Numbered from the stretch's first letter, positions 1 to 10,089 are shown. The stretch is 59,307 nucleotides of DNA from Candidatus Limnocylindrales bacterium (GCA_036555445.1 DATBLH010000103.1:1-59307); one strand, 5' to 3'. The notes: a model not told the origin generated them from the sequence alone. A program made the numbers and translations.

Positions 1-30
1 GTCCACACCGTTCGTGGCACCATCGACCGG

Positions 31-507
31 ATGGCCGTCCCCTCGACCCCCGCCGCACCCGGCCCGGCGGTCCACGTGCACGGCTGCGTCCGGTGTGGCA
101 AGCCGGTGCCGCTGGACGTCGCGATGTGCGAGGACTGCAACCCGCTCGGGTTGTCCCAACCGGCGTCCACCCAGGTCCATGGCACGGTGTTCCTCGCCGT
201 CGGGCTGGCAATCGTGGTGATGGCGGTCTTCGCCCGGCTCGCCGTCTCCGGCATCGGCCCGTTCCCGGCCGCGGTCCGCGACGTCGTCCCGTCCAGCGGC
301 GGTCTCACGATCACCTTGACGGTCACGAACAGCGGGACCAAGACGGGGTCCACCACGTGCCAGATCAGGCGCAGCGGTTCGGGCGGCGGTGGCGTGATCG
401 TCCAGAGCCCTCACATCGACCCGGGACAGACCGTGACGTTCCGCACGACCACCGAGAGCTTCGGCACGAAGCGGCTTCCCCTCGCCGTCGCCTGCGATAC
501 GCCATGA
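31..507 (+). CDS. Hypothetical membrane protein: N-terminal zinc ribbon, one TM helix, C-terminal beta-rich (Ig/CARDB-like) domain
   Basis: CVRC...CEDC motif; hydrophobic GTVFLAVGLAIVVMAVFARLAV; beta-rich tail with two Cys; its stop overlaps the next ATG (ATGA 504-507). Confidence 0.75.
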   Translation: MAVPSTPAAPGPAVHVHGCVRCGKPVPLDVAMCEDCNPLGLSQPASTQVHGTVFLAVGLAIVVMAVFARLAVSGIGPFPAAVRDVVPSSGGLTITLTVTNSGTKTGSTTCQIRRSGSGGGGVIVQSPHIDPGQTVTFRTTTESFGTKRLPLAVACDTP

Positions 508-1367
508 CGGCGACGCCTCGGGCGTCGTCAGCGTCGAGCGACCAGGTCGACGATCGACCCGAGCCCCACGGGGCAGAGCTCGCGTTTGCACTCGAGGTTG
601 CCGAGCGTGCCGGGGAGCTCCTCGTCGACCGATTCGAACGGGTCGAGCGGATCTCGTACAAGAGTGCCCGCGACGTCGTGACCGAGGTCGACCATCTGTC
701 CGAGGAGATGATCCTGGCCGCGATCCGGTCGCGCTTCCCGGGCGACGGGATCCTGGCCGAGGAATCGGGCGAGCACCATGCCGTCGCCGGCGCCGAGCGC
801 GGCCTGGCCAGCGGCCGGTCGTGGGTGGTAGATCCTCTTGACGGCACGATCAACTACGCGAACGGGATCCCGTTCTATTGCGTCTCGATCGCCCTCGTCG
901 TGGATGGGCGATCCGCGGTCGGGGTCATCCGGGATCCGGTCCGGGGCGAGTCGTTCGCGGCGACCGCCATGCACCCGGCCACGCTCGACGGGCGTCCGGT
1001 GCACGTCTCCGACAAGGACCAGCTCTCCGACTTCGTGATCTCCATGGCGCTCTCGGGCAGGGCCGTCGCGTCGCGCGTGCGCACGATCCGGAAGGCGATC
1101 CGGGTGCCGCGCTCGATGGGGTCGGCCGCCCTGGCGCTCGCGTATGTCGCGAACGGTCGCTTCGATGCATTCATCCAGCAGGGTGGCCTCTCGGCCTGGG
1201 ACGTCGCCGCAGCGGGGCTGATCGCCGAGCGGGCCGGCGCCATCGTGACGGACCTGCATGGCGGGCCCTGGTTCGACCTGTCCCGATCGCCGCGCTCGAT
1301 CGGCATCGTCGCGGCGCCGCCATCCCACCACCCGACGCTGCTTGGGCTCGCGTCCGGGGCTCGCTAG
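504..1367 (+). CDS. suhB: Inositol monophosphatase family protein
   Basis: Motifs DGILAEE, DPLDGTINY, GSAAL, WDVAA. True start is ATG504 (ATGA coupling), not 93. Confidence 0.9.
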   Translation: MTATPRASSASSDQVDDRPEPHGAELAFALEVAERAGELLVDRFERVERISYKSARDVVTEVDHLSEEMILAAIRSRFPGDGILAEESGEHHAVAGAERGLASGRSWVVDPLDGTINYANGIPFYCVSIALVVDGRSAVGVIRDPVRGESFAATAMHPATLDGRPVHVSDKDQLSDFVISMALSGRAVASRVRTIRKAIRVPRSMGSAALALAYVANGRFDAFIQQGGLSAWDVAAAGLIAERAGAIVTDLHGGPWFDLSRSPRSIGIVAAPPSHHPTLLGLASGAR

Positions 1368-2257
1368 TCGTCTCGCCAGCGATGCGGACGCGCCCGGAGG
1401 CGCTCCAGGCCCAGCTCGTCGCACAGCGCCTCCCAGTCGGCTCGCCGGGCACCGAGCCATTCGAGATCGGCCGGGCGCGATTGCGGGATCGGCACGCCGT
1501 CGTCCGCCGTCCTGAGCCGGGCGAGGTCGCGATAGAGCATTGCCGCGTCCCAGTGCTCGGCGAGGACCGCCGCCAGCCGCACCGCGCCGGGCACGGCGAC
1601 GTCCCAATGCGAGGCCTGTCGCGGGACGTCGTCCAGCGAGCCGTAGCGGGCGAGGACGGTCGCGGCCGACTTGGCGCCCCAGCCCGGCAGGCCCGGATAG
1701 CCGTCCGAGGAGTCCCCGACCAGGGCCAGCCAGTCGGCGATCGATCCGGGCGGGACGCCCCACTTCGCGCGCACGGCGGCGTCGTCGTAGGTCAGGTCGC
1801 GACGACGATCCCAGAGCACGATCCGCTCGTCGCGAACGAGCTGCGCCATGTCCTTGTCGGGGGTGCAGACGACGATCCGCTCGACCGCCGGATCGTCGGC
1901 AAAGCGGAGCGCCGCCGCGGCGATCGCGTCGTCCGCCTCCCACTCGACCATCGGCCACAGGACGATCCCGAGCGCCTCGATCGCACGTTCGGCGATCGGG
2001 AACTGGGCCAGCAGCTCGGGTGGCATGCCGACGCTCGACTTGTAGCCCGGAAAGAGGTCGTTTCGGAACGACTCGATCACGCGATCGGTGGCACACCCGA
2101 CATGGGTGGCGCCCTGCTCGCGGAGCAGGAACAGCAGCTGATCGCAGAGCCCGGACACGCCCGACAGGAGCAGCCCGCCCCGGCCGCGGACCGGTGGGCG
2201 CGGCGCATAGTGGGCGCGGAACAGCTCGTAGGTCGCGTCGACGAGATGAAGCTGCAT
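1364..2257 (-). CDS. Stand-alone 5'-3' exonuclease / flap endonuclease (DNA Pol I N-terminal domain)
   Basis: LVDATYELFRAHY, EADDAI, DKDMAQL, and H3TH motif LVGDSSDGYPGLPGWGAKSA; start ATG2257 overlaps the upstream stop. Confidence 0.9.
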   Translation of the reverse strand: MQLHLVDATYELFRAHYAPRPPVRGRGGLLLSGVSGLCDQLLFLLREQGATHVGCATDRVIESFRNDLFPGYKSSVGMPPELLAQFPIAERAIEALGIVLWPMVEWEADDAIAAAALRFADDPAVERIVVCTPDKDMAQLVRDERIVLWDRRRDLTYDDAAVRAKWGVPPGSIADWLALVGDSSDGYPGLPGWGAKSAATVLARYGSLDDVPRQASHWDVAVPGAVRLAAVLAEHWDAAMLYRDLARLRTADDGVPIPQSRPADLEWLGARRADWEALCDELGLERLRARPHRWRDD

Positions 2258-2805
2258 CAGGCGGCCTGGTCCGCGGCTCCTGCCTCGACCAGGTCCCGCA
2301 ACCGCTCCAGGTCGCGCTGGAAGACGTAGCGGAACACCGGGGCGGTCGCGACCGCGGCGACGTAGGGCAGCACCGGCGCCACGAGTGCCTCGCGCCAGCG
2401 GACGATCGTGGTGCTGCGATCGGCGCCGGCGTCGAGCGTCATCGTGCCGGTGCCCGAGAACGCCCCCTCGTGTCGAACCGCATACCGGGTCGGCGGATCG
2501 AACTCGACGATCGTGACCGGGTCCTCGACGGCGATGCCCAGCATCCGGACCGTGGCGACACCGCGGGCACCCACGCCGTGACGTCCCGGCGTCTCCATCC
2601 GAACGGACTTCAAGTCCGTCATCCAACGGGGCTGGGCCTCGATGTCGGCAATCCGGGCCCACACCCGCTCGATCGGCGCGTCGATCACGATCAGCACGTC
2701 CACCGGCGCGGGCGGATCGTCTCCGGCCCTTGCCCGGAGCAGGCGATCGGCAACCCAGGCAGCGCCGGCCGTCACGATCACCAGGCGCACGCCACGCCCG
2801 ATCAC
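2257..2805 (-). CDS. SRPBCC/START-like (polyketide cyclase/dehydrase) family protein with N-terminal hydrophobic segment
   Basis: IVIDAPIERVWARIADIEAQPRW pattern; coupled to both neighbours by overlapping stop/start. Confidence 0.85.
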   Translation of the reverse strand: MIGRGVRLVIVTAGAAWVADRLLRARAGDDPPAPVDVLIVIDAPIERVWARIADIEAQPRWMTDLKSVRMETPGRHGVGARGVATVRMLGIAVEDPVTIVEFDPPTRYAVRHEGAFSGTGTMTLDAGADRSTTIVRWREALVAPVLPYVAAVATAPVFRYVFQRDLERLRDLVEAGAADQAA

Positions 2806-3386
2806 GACACGGTCACGCCGGCGGCGACCAGCTCGGCCAGCGCCTGCTCACCATCGCCCGGCCGGAGGTCCACGGCGGCGATGGCATCGGCAGCCACGCT
2901 CGTTGGATAGCCCAGCCGGACCGCATCGAGCGCGGTGGCCCGGACGCAGTAGTCGGTGGCCAGACCGCACACGACGACGCGTCGGACGCCTCGATCGCGG
3001 AGCAGCCCATCCAGCTCGGTGGGCGTCGTGTCCCCGGTGACCGGGTCGCGCATCGAGAAGCCGGAATAGCCGTCCTCGCCGTTCGCACCCTTGCGCACGA
3101 CCGGACCGGAGACCGTGAGGCCGGGATGGAGCTCGGCGCCCCAGCTGCCCGCCACGCAATGGACGGGCCAGATCCCGCCGTCCTTGGCGAAGTGGGGGGT
3201 GGACTGGGGGTGCCAGTCCTGGGTGTAGACGACGAAGGCCCCCGCCGCGGCGGCCGATCCGATCAGGGCGTCCACGACGGGCACGATCCCGTCGCCGCCG
3301 TTGACGCTGAGATTGCCACCGGGGTCGGCGAAGTCGTTCTGGACGTCGACGACGACGAGCGCCGTCGATGGATCGAGCGCCTGCAC
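2802..3386 (-). CDS. pncA: Nicotinamidase/pyrazinamidase (isochorismatase family)
   Basis: VVVDVQNDF, QDWHP, WPVHC, RKG...YSGF, CGLATDYCV catalytic and metal-binding motifs. Confidence 0.92.
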   Translation of the reverse strand: MQALDPSTALVVVDVQNDFADPGGNLSVNGGDGIVPVVDALIGSAAAAGAFVVYTQDWHPQSTPHFAKDGGIWPVHCVAGSWGAELHPGLTVSGPVVRKGANGEDGYSGFSMRDPVTGDTTPTELDGLLRDRGVRRVVVCGLATDYCVRATALDAVRLGYPTSVAADAIAAVDLRPGDGEQALAELVAAGVTVS

Positions 3387-3451
3387 GCCCGCAGGCTAGC
3401 GCACGGCAACCGGGTCGGCGTTCACGACCCGGCCGACGACCGAGCGGAGGT

Positions 3452-4216
3452 TCAGCCGATCAGGGCGGTCGTCGGTGCGACGCCGACCGTCTCGGAGGCG
3501 TCCTCGGCGGACTCGTCCGGTGCGCCGGCCTCGACGTCGAGGAGATAGCCGATCCCCTGGAACGTCTTGATCCGTCCGGGCTCACCGGGTGCGGCGCCCA
3601 GCTTGCGCCGGACGCGGCTCACCCAGACCCGCAGATACTGGAGGTCATCCCGGTATTCGGGGCCCCAGACCTTGGTCAGGAGCTCGGTGTGGAGGACGAC
3701 CTTGCCGGCGTTCGCGGCCAGGTGCTGGAGGAGGAGCCACTCGGTCCGCGAGAGCTGGACCAGCTCCCCGTTCCGGGTGACCATCCGCCGCTCGAGGTCG
3801 ATCTCGACGTCGTCGAACTTGATGACGCCCGCGCCCGGAGCCGCGCCCGACGAACGGCGGATAACCGCTCGGACGCGGGCGGCGAGCTCGTCCGGATGGA
3901 ACGGCTTGGCGACGTAGTCGTCCGCGCCGAGGTCGAGTCCCTTCGCCTTGTCCGCAGTCGACCCCTTCGCCGTGAGCAGGATCACCGGCACCGGCCGGCG
4001 TTCGCGGAGCTGGCGCATCACCTCGATCCCGTCGAGGTCGGGCATGACGATGTCCAGCAGGACGATGTCCGGGCGGACCTCCTCTGCCTTCTCGAGCGCC
4101 TCTTCACCGCCATTGGCGGTGACGACGCGGAAGCCCTCGTCGGAGAGAGCGATCTGCACCAGCTTCGTGATCCGTGGCTCGTCGTCGGCGACGAGGATGA
4201 GCGGTTGCGTGCTCAA
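3452..4216 (-). CDS. OmpR/KdpE-like DNA-binding response regulator
   Basis: Receiver domain (VADDE, LLDIVMP, YVAKPF) plus winged helix (LSRTEW...VWGPEY...YLRVWVSRVRRKL); TTG start with GGAGG RBS. Confidence 0.93.
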   Translation of the reverse strand: MSTQPLILVADDEPRITKLVQIALSDEGFRVVTANGGEEALEKAEEVRPDIVLLDIVMPDLDGIEVMRQLRERRPVPVILLTAKGSTADKAKGLDLGADDYVAKPFHPDELAARVRAVIRRSSGAAPGAGVIKFDDVEIDLERRMVTRNGELVQLSRTEWLLLQHLAANAGKVVLHTELLTKVWGPEYRDDLQYLRVWVSRVRRKLGAAPGEPGRIKTFQGIGYLLDVEAGAPDESAEDASETVGVAPTTALIG

Positions 4217-4296
4217 ATCGATCCTCCAGTAGGAGTGTCAGTGTGCTCCCGGACGCGCGACCGCGCCAACCGGGACGTCGGCATACGGGTCGCCGA

Positions 4297-4411
4297 TCAA
4301 ACGGCGAGGATCACGAGCAGGACGATGATCACGCCCCAGGATGACGCCCATCCCGCTGCCCGAGCCGGAGTCGGTCACGATGACCTCGCGATCGTGATGT
4401 TCATGCGTCAT
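4297..4411 (-). pseudogene. Small single-TM protein (about 37 aa) interrupted by an apparent +1 frameshift in a G run
   Basis: ATG4411 gives MTHEHHDREVIVTDSGSGSGMGVILG; removing one G of CTGGGGC continues as VIIVLLVILAV-stop (TGA 4299-4297); GAGGA upstream. Confidence 0.5.
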
Positions 4412-4603
4412 TGGGATCAGGTTCCTCATCCGGTGGCGCCAGGGAGCACCGGCCTCGATCTTCGTGGCGTCCCGGTCGAGGACGCTCCCGGCGGACATTG
4501 CAGAACCGCTACATCGGCATTACAGGCCGCGGCTCTGCCCGCTCGGTTGAGGCGGTTCGCCCGTTCGCGAGGGCAAGCGTGATCCGGTACGCTCCGGGTC
4601 GAC

Positions 4604-4969
4604 ATGAGCTTCAGCGCCGAGGATCGTGCGTTGCTCGACCAGGTCGAGGAGGTCGAGATCGAGACCCAGCCACCCGGTGGCCCAGCTCACCGGACGACGA
4701 TCTGGACGGTCGTCGATGGCGACGACGTGTTCGTCCGCTCCTATCGCGGGGACCACGCCCGCTGGTATCGGGATGCCCTCGCCAACCCCGCCGTTGCAAT
4801 CCATGCAAACGGTCACCGGATCCAGGCCACCGCGATCGCGGCCTCCGATCCCCAGTCGATCGAACGGGCGAGCGCGGGTTACCGGCGCAAGTACCTCGGG
4901 GATCCTGCCGCCGCTGCCATGGTTCGTGCCGAGGTCCTGTCCACCACCCTGCGTCTCGAGCCGGCCTGA
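4604..4969 (+). CDS. DUF2255 family protein (split-barrel, PNPO-like)
   Basis: EEVEIET...TTIWTVVDGDDVFVRSYRG...WYRDALANP pattern. Confidence 0.8.
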   Translation: MSFSAEDRALLDQVEEVEIETQPPGGPAHRTTIWTVVDGDDVFVRSYRGDHARWYRDALANPAVAIHANGHRIQATAIAASDPQSIERASAGYRRKYLGDPAAAAMVRAEVLSTTLRLEPA

Positions 4970-5005
4970 GTTCCGGCCACCATCGCCGACGAGAGCGGAG
5001 CCACG

Positions 5006-7687
5006 ATGACCTTCGACGAGTTCAAGCACCAACTGCCCGACATCGACCCCGACGAGACGGCCGACTGGCTGTCGTCGCTCGACCAGGTCGTCGCCCAGGA
5101 GGGCGAGAGCCGGGCGCGGTTCCTCGTCTACAAGCTCCTCAAGCGCGCGCGCCAGCTCCGTGTGGGACTGCCGCCGCTGACCCAGACCCGGTACATCAAC
5201 ACGATCAGCCCAGAGCAGGAGCCGTTCTTCCCTGGTGACGAACAGCTGGAGCTCAGGATCCGGCGCATCGTCCGCTGGAACGCCGTGGCGATGGTGCTCC
5301 GCGCGAACAACCGGTTCGCCGGCATCGGCGGCCACCTGTCCACCTACGCCAGCAGTGCCAGCCTGTACGAGGTCGGCTTCAACCACTTCTTTCGAGGCAA
5401 GGACGCGGACGGCGGCGGCGACCAGATCTTCTACCAGGGTCACGCGGCGCCGGGGATCTATGCCCGCGCGTTCCTCGAGGGACGCCTGAGCGAGGACCAG
5501 CTCGACCACTTCCGGCGCGAGACGGTCCCGGGCGAAGGCCTGTCCTCGTACCCGCACCCCCGGCTGATGCCCGATTTCTGGGAGTTCCCCACCGTGTCCA
5601 TGGGCCTGGGGCCCCTGGCCGCGATCTACCAGGCGCGGTTCAACCGCTATCTCCAGAACCGTGGCCTCAAGGACACCTCCAATCAGCGCGTGTGGGCGTT
5701 CCTCGGCGACGGCGAGATGGACGAGCCCGAGTCGCTCGCCGGCCTGTCGCTGGCGGCCCGCGAAGGGCTCGACAACCTCACGTTCGTCGTCAACTGCAAC
5801 CTGCAGCGCCTGGACGGCCCGGTCCGCGGCAACGGCAAGATCATCCAGGAGCTGGAGGGGCTGTTCCGCGGTGCCGGCTGGAACGTGATCAAGGTCATCT
5901 GGGCGCGCGAGTGGGACGAGCTCCTTGCCCGGGACACGACCGGGCTCCTGGTCGAGAAGATGAACGACACCCTGGACGGCGAGTTCCAGAAGTTCTCGGT
6001 TGCCGGTGGGGCCTACATCCGCGAGCGCTTCTTCGGGCCGGATCCGAGACTGCGCAAGCTGGTGGAGCAACTCTCCGACGACGACCTGGCACGCCTCCGT
6101 CGTGGCGGGCACGACTATCGCAAGGTCTACGCCGCATACAAGGCGGCAACCGAATACCAGGGTGCGCCCACCGTGATCCTGGCCAAGACGATCAAGGGCT
6201 GGACGCTCGGGCCGGGTGTCGAGGGCCGCAACGTCACCCACCAGGCGAAGAAGCTGTCCGAGGCGGAGCTCAAGGTGTTCCGGGACCGGATCCAGCTGCC
6301 CATCCCGGACGAGAAGCTCAAGGACGCACCGTACTACCACCCCGGCCCCGACTCGGAAGAGGTGGCGTACCTGACCGAGCGGCGGCGCGCGCTGGGCGGG
6401 CCGCTGCCCAGACGGGTCGTGCGCAACGAGCCGCTCCCGGCGCCGTCTCCGGAGGTCGACAAGGAGTTCGCCGCCGGGTCGACGACGCCGGTGAGCACGA
6501 CGATGGTGTTCACCCGGATCCTCCGGAACCTGTTGCGAGACAAGGAGGTCGGCGCCCGGATCGTGCCGATCATTCCCGACGAGGCGCGCACGTTCGGGAT
6601 GGACCCACTGTTCAAGGAGGTCGGCATCTACGCGGCGCTCGGACAGCGCTACGAACCCGTGGACTCGGATCTCGTGCTGTCCTACCGCGAGGCGGTCAAC
6701 GGGCAGGTGCTGGAGGAGGGGATCACCGAGGCCGGCGCGATGGCTTCGTTCCAGGCGGCCGGGACGGCATACGCGACCCACGGCCTGGCCACGATCCCGT
6801 TCTACATCTTCTACTCGATGTTCGGCTTCCAGCGGACCGGAGACCAGATCTGGGCCTTCGGAGACGCTCGCGGGCGCGGCTTCCTCATGGGCGCCACGGC
6901 CGGCCGGACGACACTGACCGGCGAAGGGCTCCAGCACGACGACGGCCACACGCACATCCATGCGTCAACGCTGCCGAACATCCGGGCCTACGACCCGGCG
7001 TTCGCGTACGAGCTGGCGGCGATCGTCCGCGACGGCATCGATCGGATGTACGGAAAGGGCGAGGACGTCTTCTACTACGTCACCCTGTACAACGAGAACT
7101 ATCCGCAGCCGGCGATCCCGGATGACGTCACCGACGGCATCCTGCGCGGGATCTATCGCCTGTCGGCTCCCCCGGATGTCGGCCGCGGCGCCCACGCCGC
7201 CCGCCTCGTCGGCTCGGGCTCGATCCTCGCCCAGGTGATCGCGGCCCAGGGGATTCTTGCCGAGAGGTTCGGGATCGCGGCCGAGGTGTTCTCGGCACCG
7301 TCCTTCCCGTTGCTGAGACGGGATGCGCTGGCCGCGGAACGGTGGAACCGGCTCCATCCCCAGGACGAGCCGCGCGTGCCGTACGTCAGCACGATCCTGC
7401 CGGCCGATGGAGGTCCGATCGTGGCGGCCACGGACTGGCTCAAGGCGCTCCCGGACATGGTCGCCCGCTGGCTGCCGCCGCACTACGTGTCGCTCGGGAC
7501 CGACGGCTTCGGACGGAGCGACACGCGGGAAGCCCTTCGGTCGCTGTTCGAGATCGACCCGCCGTCGATCGCCGCCGCGACGCTGGCCGAGCTGGCGCGA
7601 TGCGGGGCCATGAGCGAGTCGAAGGCGGCGAAGGCGATCAAGGAGCTGGGGATCGACCCGGACAAGGTGGATCCGGTCGCGGTCTGA
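5006..7687 (+). CDS. aceE: Pyruvate dehydrogenase E1 component, homodimeric type
   Basis: 893 aa; GGHLSTYAS, SSYPHP, FPTVSMGLG, ThDP motif GDGEMDEPES, NCNLQRLDGPV, EGITEAG, EGLQH, DGFGRSDTR. Confidence 0.97.
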   Translation: MTFDEFKHQLPDIDPDETADWLSSLDQVVAQEGESRARFLVYKLLKRARQLRVGLPPLTQTRYINTISPEQEPFFPGDEQLELRIRRIVRWNAVAMVLRANNRFAGIGGHLSTYASSASLYEVGFNHFFRGKDADGGGDQIFYQGHAAPGIYARAFLEGRLSEDQLDHFRRETVPGEGLSSYPHPRLMPDFWEFPTVSMGLGPLAAIYQARFNRYLQNRGLKDTSNQRVWAFLGDGEMDEPESLAGLSLAAREGLDNLTFVVNCNLQRLDGPVRGNGKIIQELEGLFRGAGWNVIKVIWAREWDELLARDTTGLLVEKMNDTLDGEFQKFSVAGGAYIRERFFGPDPRLRKLVEQLSDDDLARLRRGGHDYRKVYAAYKAATEYQGAPTVILAKTIKGWTLGPGVEGRNVTHQAKKLSEAELKVFRDRIQLPIPDEKLKDAPYYHPGPDSEEVAYLTERRRALGGPLPRRVVRNEPLPAPSPEVDKEFAAGSTTPVSTTMVFTRILRNLLRDKEVGARIVPIIPDEARTFGMDPLFKEVGIYAALGQRYEPVDSDLVLSYREAVNGQVLEEGITEAGAMASFQAAGTAYATHGLATIPFYIFYSMFGFQRTGDQIWAFGDARGRGFLMGATAGRTTLTGEGLQHDDGHTHIHASTLPNIRAYDPAFAYELAAIVRDGIDRMYGKGEDVFYYVTLYNENYPQPAIPDDVTDGILRGIYRLSAPPDVGRGAHAARLVGSGSILAQVIAAQGILAERFGIAAEVFSAPSFPLLRRDALAAERWNRLHPQDEPRVPYVSTILPADGGPIVAATDWLKALPDMVARWLPPHYVSLGTDGFGRSDTREALRSLFEIDPPSIAAATLAELARCGAMSESKAAKAIKELGIDPDKVDPVAV

Positions 7688-7712
7688 CCATCTCGAGCGC
7701 GGTCGACGGCCG

Positions 7713-8873
7713 ATGGCCGATCCGCCCCATCCCGGTTCCGCGCGCGAAGTCGCGCGCCTGTTCCTTCGCCTCGGCCTGACCGCATTCGGCGGCCCGGCGG
7801 CCCACATGGCGCTCATGTACGACCAGGTCGTTCGCCGCCGGCCGTGGCTGACCGACGCCGAGTTCGCCGACCTCCTGGGCGCGTCGAATCTCATCCCCGG
7901 GCCGACCTCCACGGAGCTGGCCCTCCACGTCGGTTATCGACGCGCCGGGTGGCCGGGCTTCCTGGCCGCGGCGATGGCCTGGATCCTGCCGGCGGTGGTC
8001 GTCTCGCTCGCGCTCGGAGTTGTGTACGTGACGGCCGGGTCGATCCCCGAGAGCGCGGTGATCCTCGCCAGCGTGGCCCCGATCGTCGTCGCGATCGTGG
8101 CCCACGCGGCCGTGCTCCTGGGTCGCTCGATCGTCAACGGCTGGGTGGCCGTGGCGATTGCCCTCGCGGCGACGGTCTCGTCCCTCGCAGGCGTGACCGA
8201 GATCGCGATCCTCGGAGCCGGGGCCATCGTTGGGCTCACGACCGTCGGTGGGTTGCGCCGAGGGCATCGCAGCCCAGTCGAAGCACTGGCGACCCCGGCC
8301 GCGATCGAGTTGCCGGCCGCCCTTGCGGGCGCCGTGGCCGCCGGCGCGGCGAGCGTGGGCGGCGTGTTCCTGGCGTTCCTCAAGATCGGCGCATTGCTCT
8401 TCGGGTCGGGGTACGTGCTCGTGGCCTTCCTGCGCTCCGACCTGGTGCTCGGTGCCGGCTGGATCACCGAGCGTCAGTTGCTCGATGCCGTCGCGGTCGG
8501 CCAGGTCACGCCGGGGCCGGTTTCGAGCACGGCCACGTTCGTCGGCTATCTCGTGGCCGGCGTTCCGGGGGCGGTGGCGGCAACGCTCGGGATCTTCCTG
8601 CCGGGTGCGTTGTTCGTCGCCGCCAGCATCCCGATCCTGCCGCGGCTGGCAAATTCGCCGATCGCCCGCGCTGCCCTCGACGGCGTCAACGCGGCGGCGC
8701 TGGGGCTGCTGGTCGCGGTCACGGCGGGCCTGGCACGGGGTGCCCTCGTCGACGGCGTGTCGATCGGCCTTGCTGCGGTGGCAGCGATCCTGCTGCTCGT
8801 GTGGAGGGTCGCGCCCGGCTGGCTGGTCCTGGGTGCGGCCGCGATCGGGGTGGTGCGAGCGCTTGCCGGTTAG
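7713..8873 (+). CDS. chrA: Chromate efflux transporter (CHR family, long-chain)
   Basis: Two repeated halves: AFGGP...LIPGPTST and FGSGY...VTPGP; multiple TM helices. Confidence 0.92.
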   Translation: MADPPHPGSAREVARLFLRLGLTAFGGPAAHMALMYDQVVRRRPWLTDAEFADLLGASNLIPGPTSTELALHVGYRRAGWPGFLAAAMAWILPAVVVSLALGVVYVTAGSIPESAVILASVAPIVVAIVAHAAVLLGRSIVNGWVAVAIALAATVSSLAGVTEIAILGAGAIVGLTTVGGLRRGHRSPVEALATPAAIELPAALAGAVAAGAASVGGVFLAFLKIGALLFGSGYVLVAFLRSDLVLGAGWITERQLLDAVAVGQVTPGPVSSTATFVGYLVAGVPGAVAATLGIFLPGALFVAASIPILPRLANSPIARAALDGVNAAALGLLVAVTAGLARGALVDGVSIGLAAVAAILLLVWRVAPGWLVLGAAAIGVVRALAG

Positions 8874-8976
8874 CGGACCCGCGATGTCCGGGACCGGCCG
8901 CGCGGTTTGACGCGGCTGCGAGACGTTCTGCACCCGGCGGGATGCGCTCGCGCGTCCGGGCGGTGATGCTGGCGAC

Positions 8977-10089
8977 GTGCTGCGCACGTCGCTCGACGGG
9001 CTCGACGGCGCCGGCGGGCTCCACCACACCAACGACGGTGTGCCGGGGATCCGCCGGCTCCGGGCGGGCCGCGGGTTTCGCTATCTCGATCCCGAGGGGC
9101 GATCCGTCCGCGATCCTGAGACGCTGGCGCGGATCGGGTCGCTCGCGGTTCCACCGGCGTGGACCGATGTCTGGATCTGCCGTTCCCCCAACGGCCACCT
9201 CCAGGCGACCGGCCGGGATGCGCGGGGCCGGAAGCAGTACCGATATCACCCGCGGTTCCGCGCCGCGCGCGAACGCTTCAAATACCAGCGCCTGCTCACG
9301 TTCGCGAGGGTCCTGCCCGCCCTCCGGCGTCGGGTGCGACGCGATCTCCGCCGTCGCGGCCTGCCGCGCGAGAAGGTCCTCGCGACGGTCGTCTCCCTGC
9401 TCGAGCGAACGCTGGTGCGGGTGGGCAATGCCGAATACGCGCGCGACAACCGCTCGTTCGGGCTGACAACCCTGCGGGATCGGCATGCCCGGGTCAGGGG
9501 CCCGCGGATCCAGCTGCGGTTCCGAGGCAAGGGCGGCCGCGTCCATGAGGTGGACATCGAGGATCGCCGGGTCGCGAGGATCGTCCGGCGCTGCCAGGAC
9601 CTTCCGGGCCAGGACCTGTTCCAGTACCTCGACGAGCACGGGAACGTGGTCGAGATTCGCTCCGACGACGTCAACGCCTATCTGCGCGAAGCCTCAGGTG
9701 AGGAGATCACCGCCAAGGACTTCCGGACCTGGGCTGGAACCCTGCTCGCGTTCCGGGCTCTGCGCGCAACCCCTCGCCACGAGGGGTCGGCGGAGGAGCC
9801 GGCGCAGGCGGCCCGGCGTGCACTGGTTGCGGCGGTCCGTCAGACCGCGATGCGACTGGGAAACACGGCTACCGTCTGCCGGCGGAGTTACATCCACCCC
9901 GCGGTCCTCGATGCCTATGCCGATGGCCGGCTCGGTGACGCGGTGGCCGATGCGGCCGCAGGTGAGATCGACGGGGTGGGAGCGCCGACGCCTGCCGAGG
10001 AGCGCGAAATGGTGCGGCTGATCCGGCGATCCTCCTCACGGCGCCTCGGGCGGGGAGCGGGCCGCCGGGCTCAGGCGAGCGGACGGTAG
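8977..10089 (+). CDS. Bacterial (poxvirus-like) DNA topoisomerase IB
   Basis: GRKQYRYH, RVGN..YA, FRGKGG, KDFRTW, LGNTATVCRRSYIHP (catalytic Tyr). Confidence 0.93.
   Translation: MLRTSLDGLDGAGGLHHTNDGVPGIRRLRAGRGFRYLDPEGRSVRDPETLARIGSLAVPPAWTDVWICRSPNGHLQATGRDARGRKQYRYHPRFRAARERFKYQRLLTFARVLPALRRRVRRDLRRRGLPREKVLATVVSLLERTLVRVGNAEYARDNRSFGLTTLRDRHARVRGPRIQLRFRGKGGRVHEVDIEDRRVARIVRRCQDLPGQDLFQYLDEHGNVVEIRSDDVNAYLREASGEEITAKDFRTWAGTLLAFRALRATPRHEGSAEEPAQAARRALVAAVRQTAMRLGNTATVCRRSYIHPAVLDAYADGRLGDAVADAAAGEIDGVGAPTPAEEREMVRLIRRSSSRRLGRGAGRRAQASGR

Noticed and set aside
5006-7687. aceE without aceF/lpd as an anomaly
   Set aside because: Unlinked homodimeric E1 genes are common in high-GC bacteria.
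8977-10089. Tyrosine recombinase/integrase marking a mobile element
   Set aside because: The motifs are those of TopIB; no att sites, tRNA target or cargo boundary were seen.
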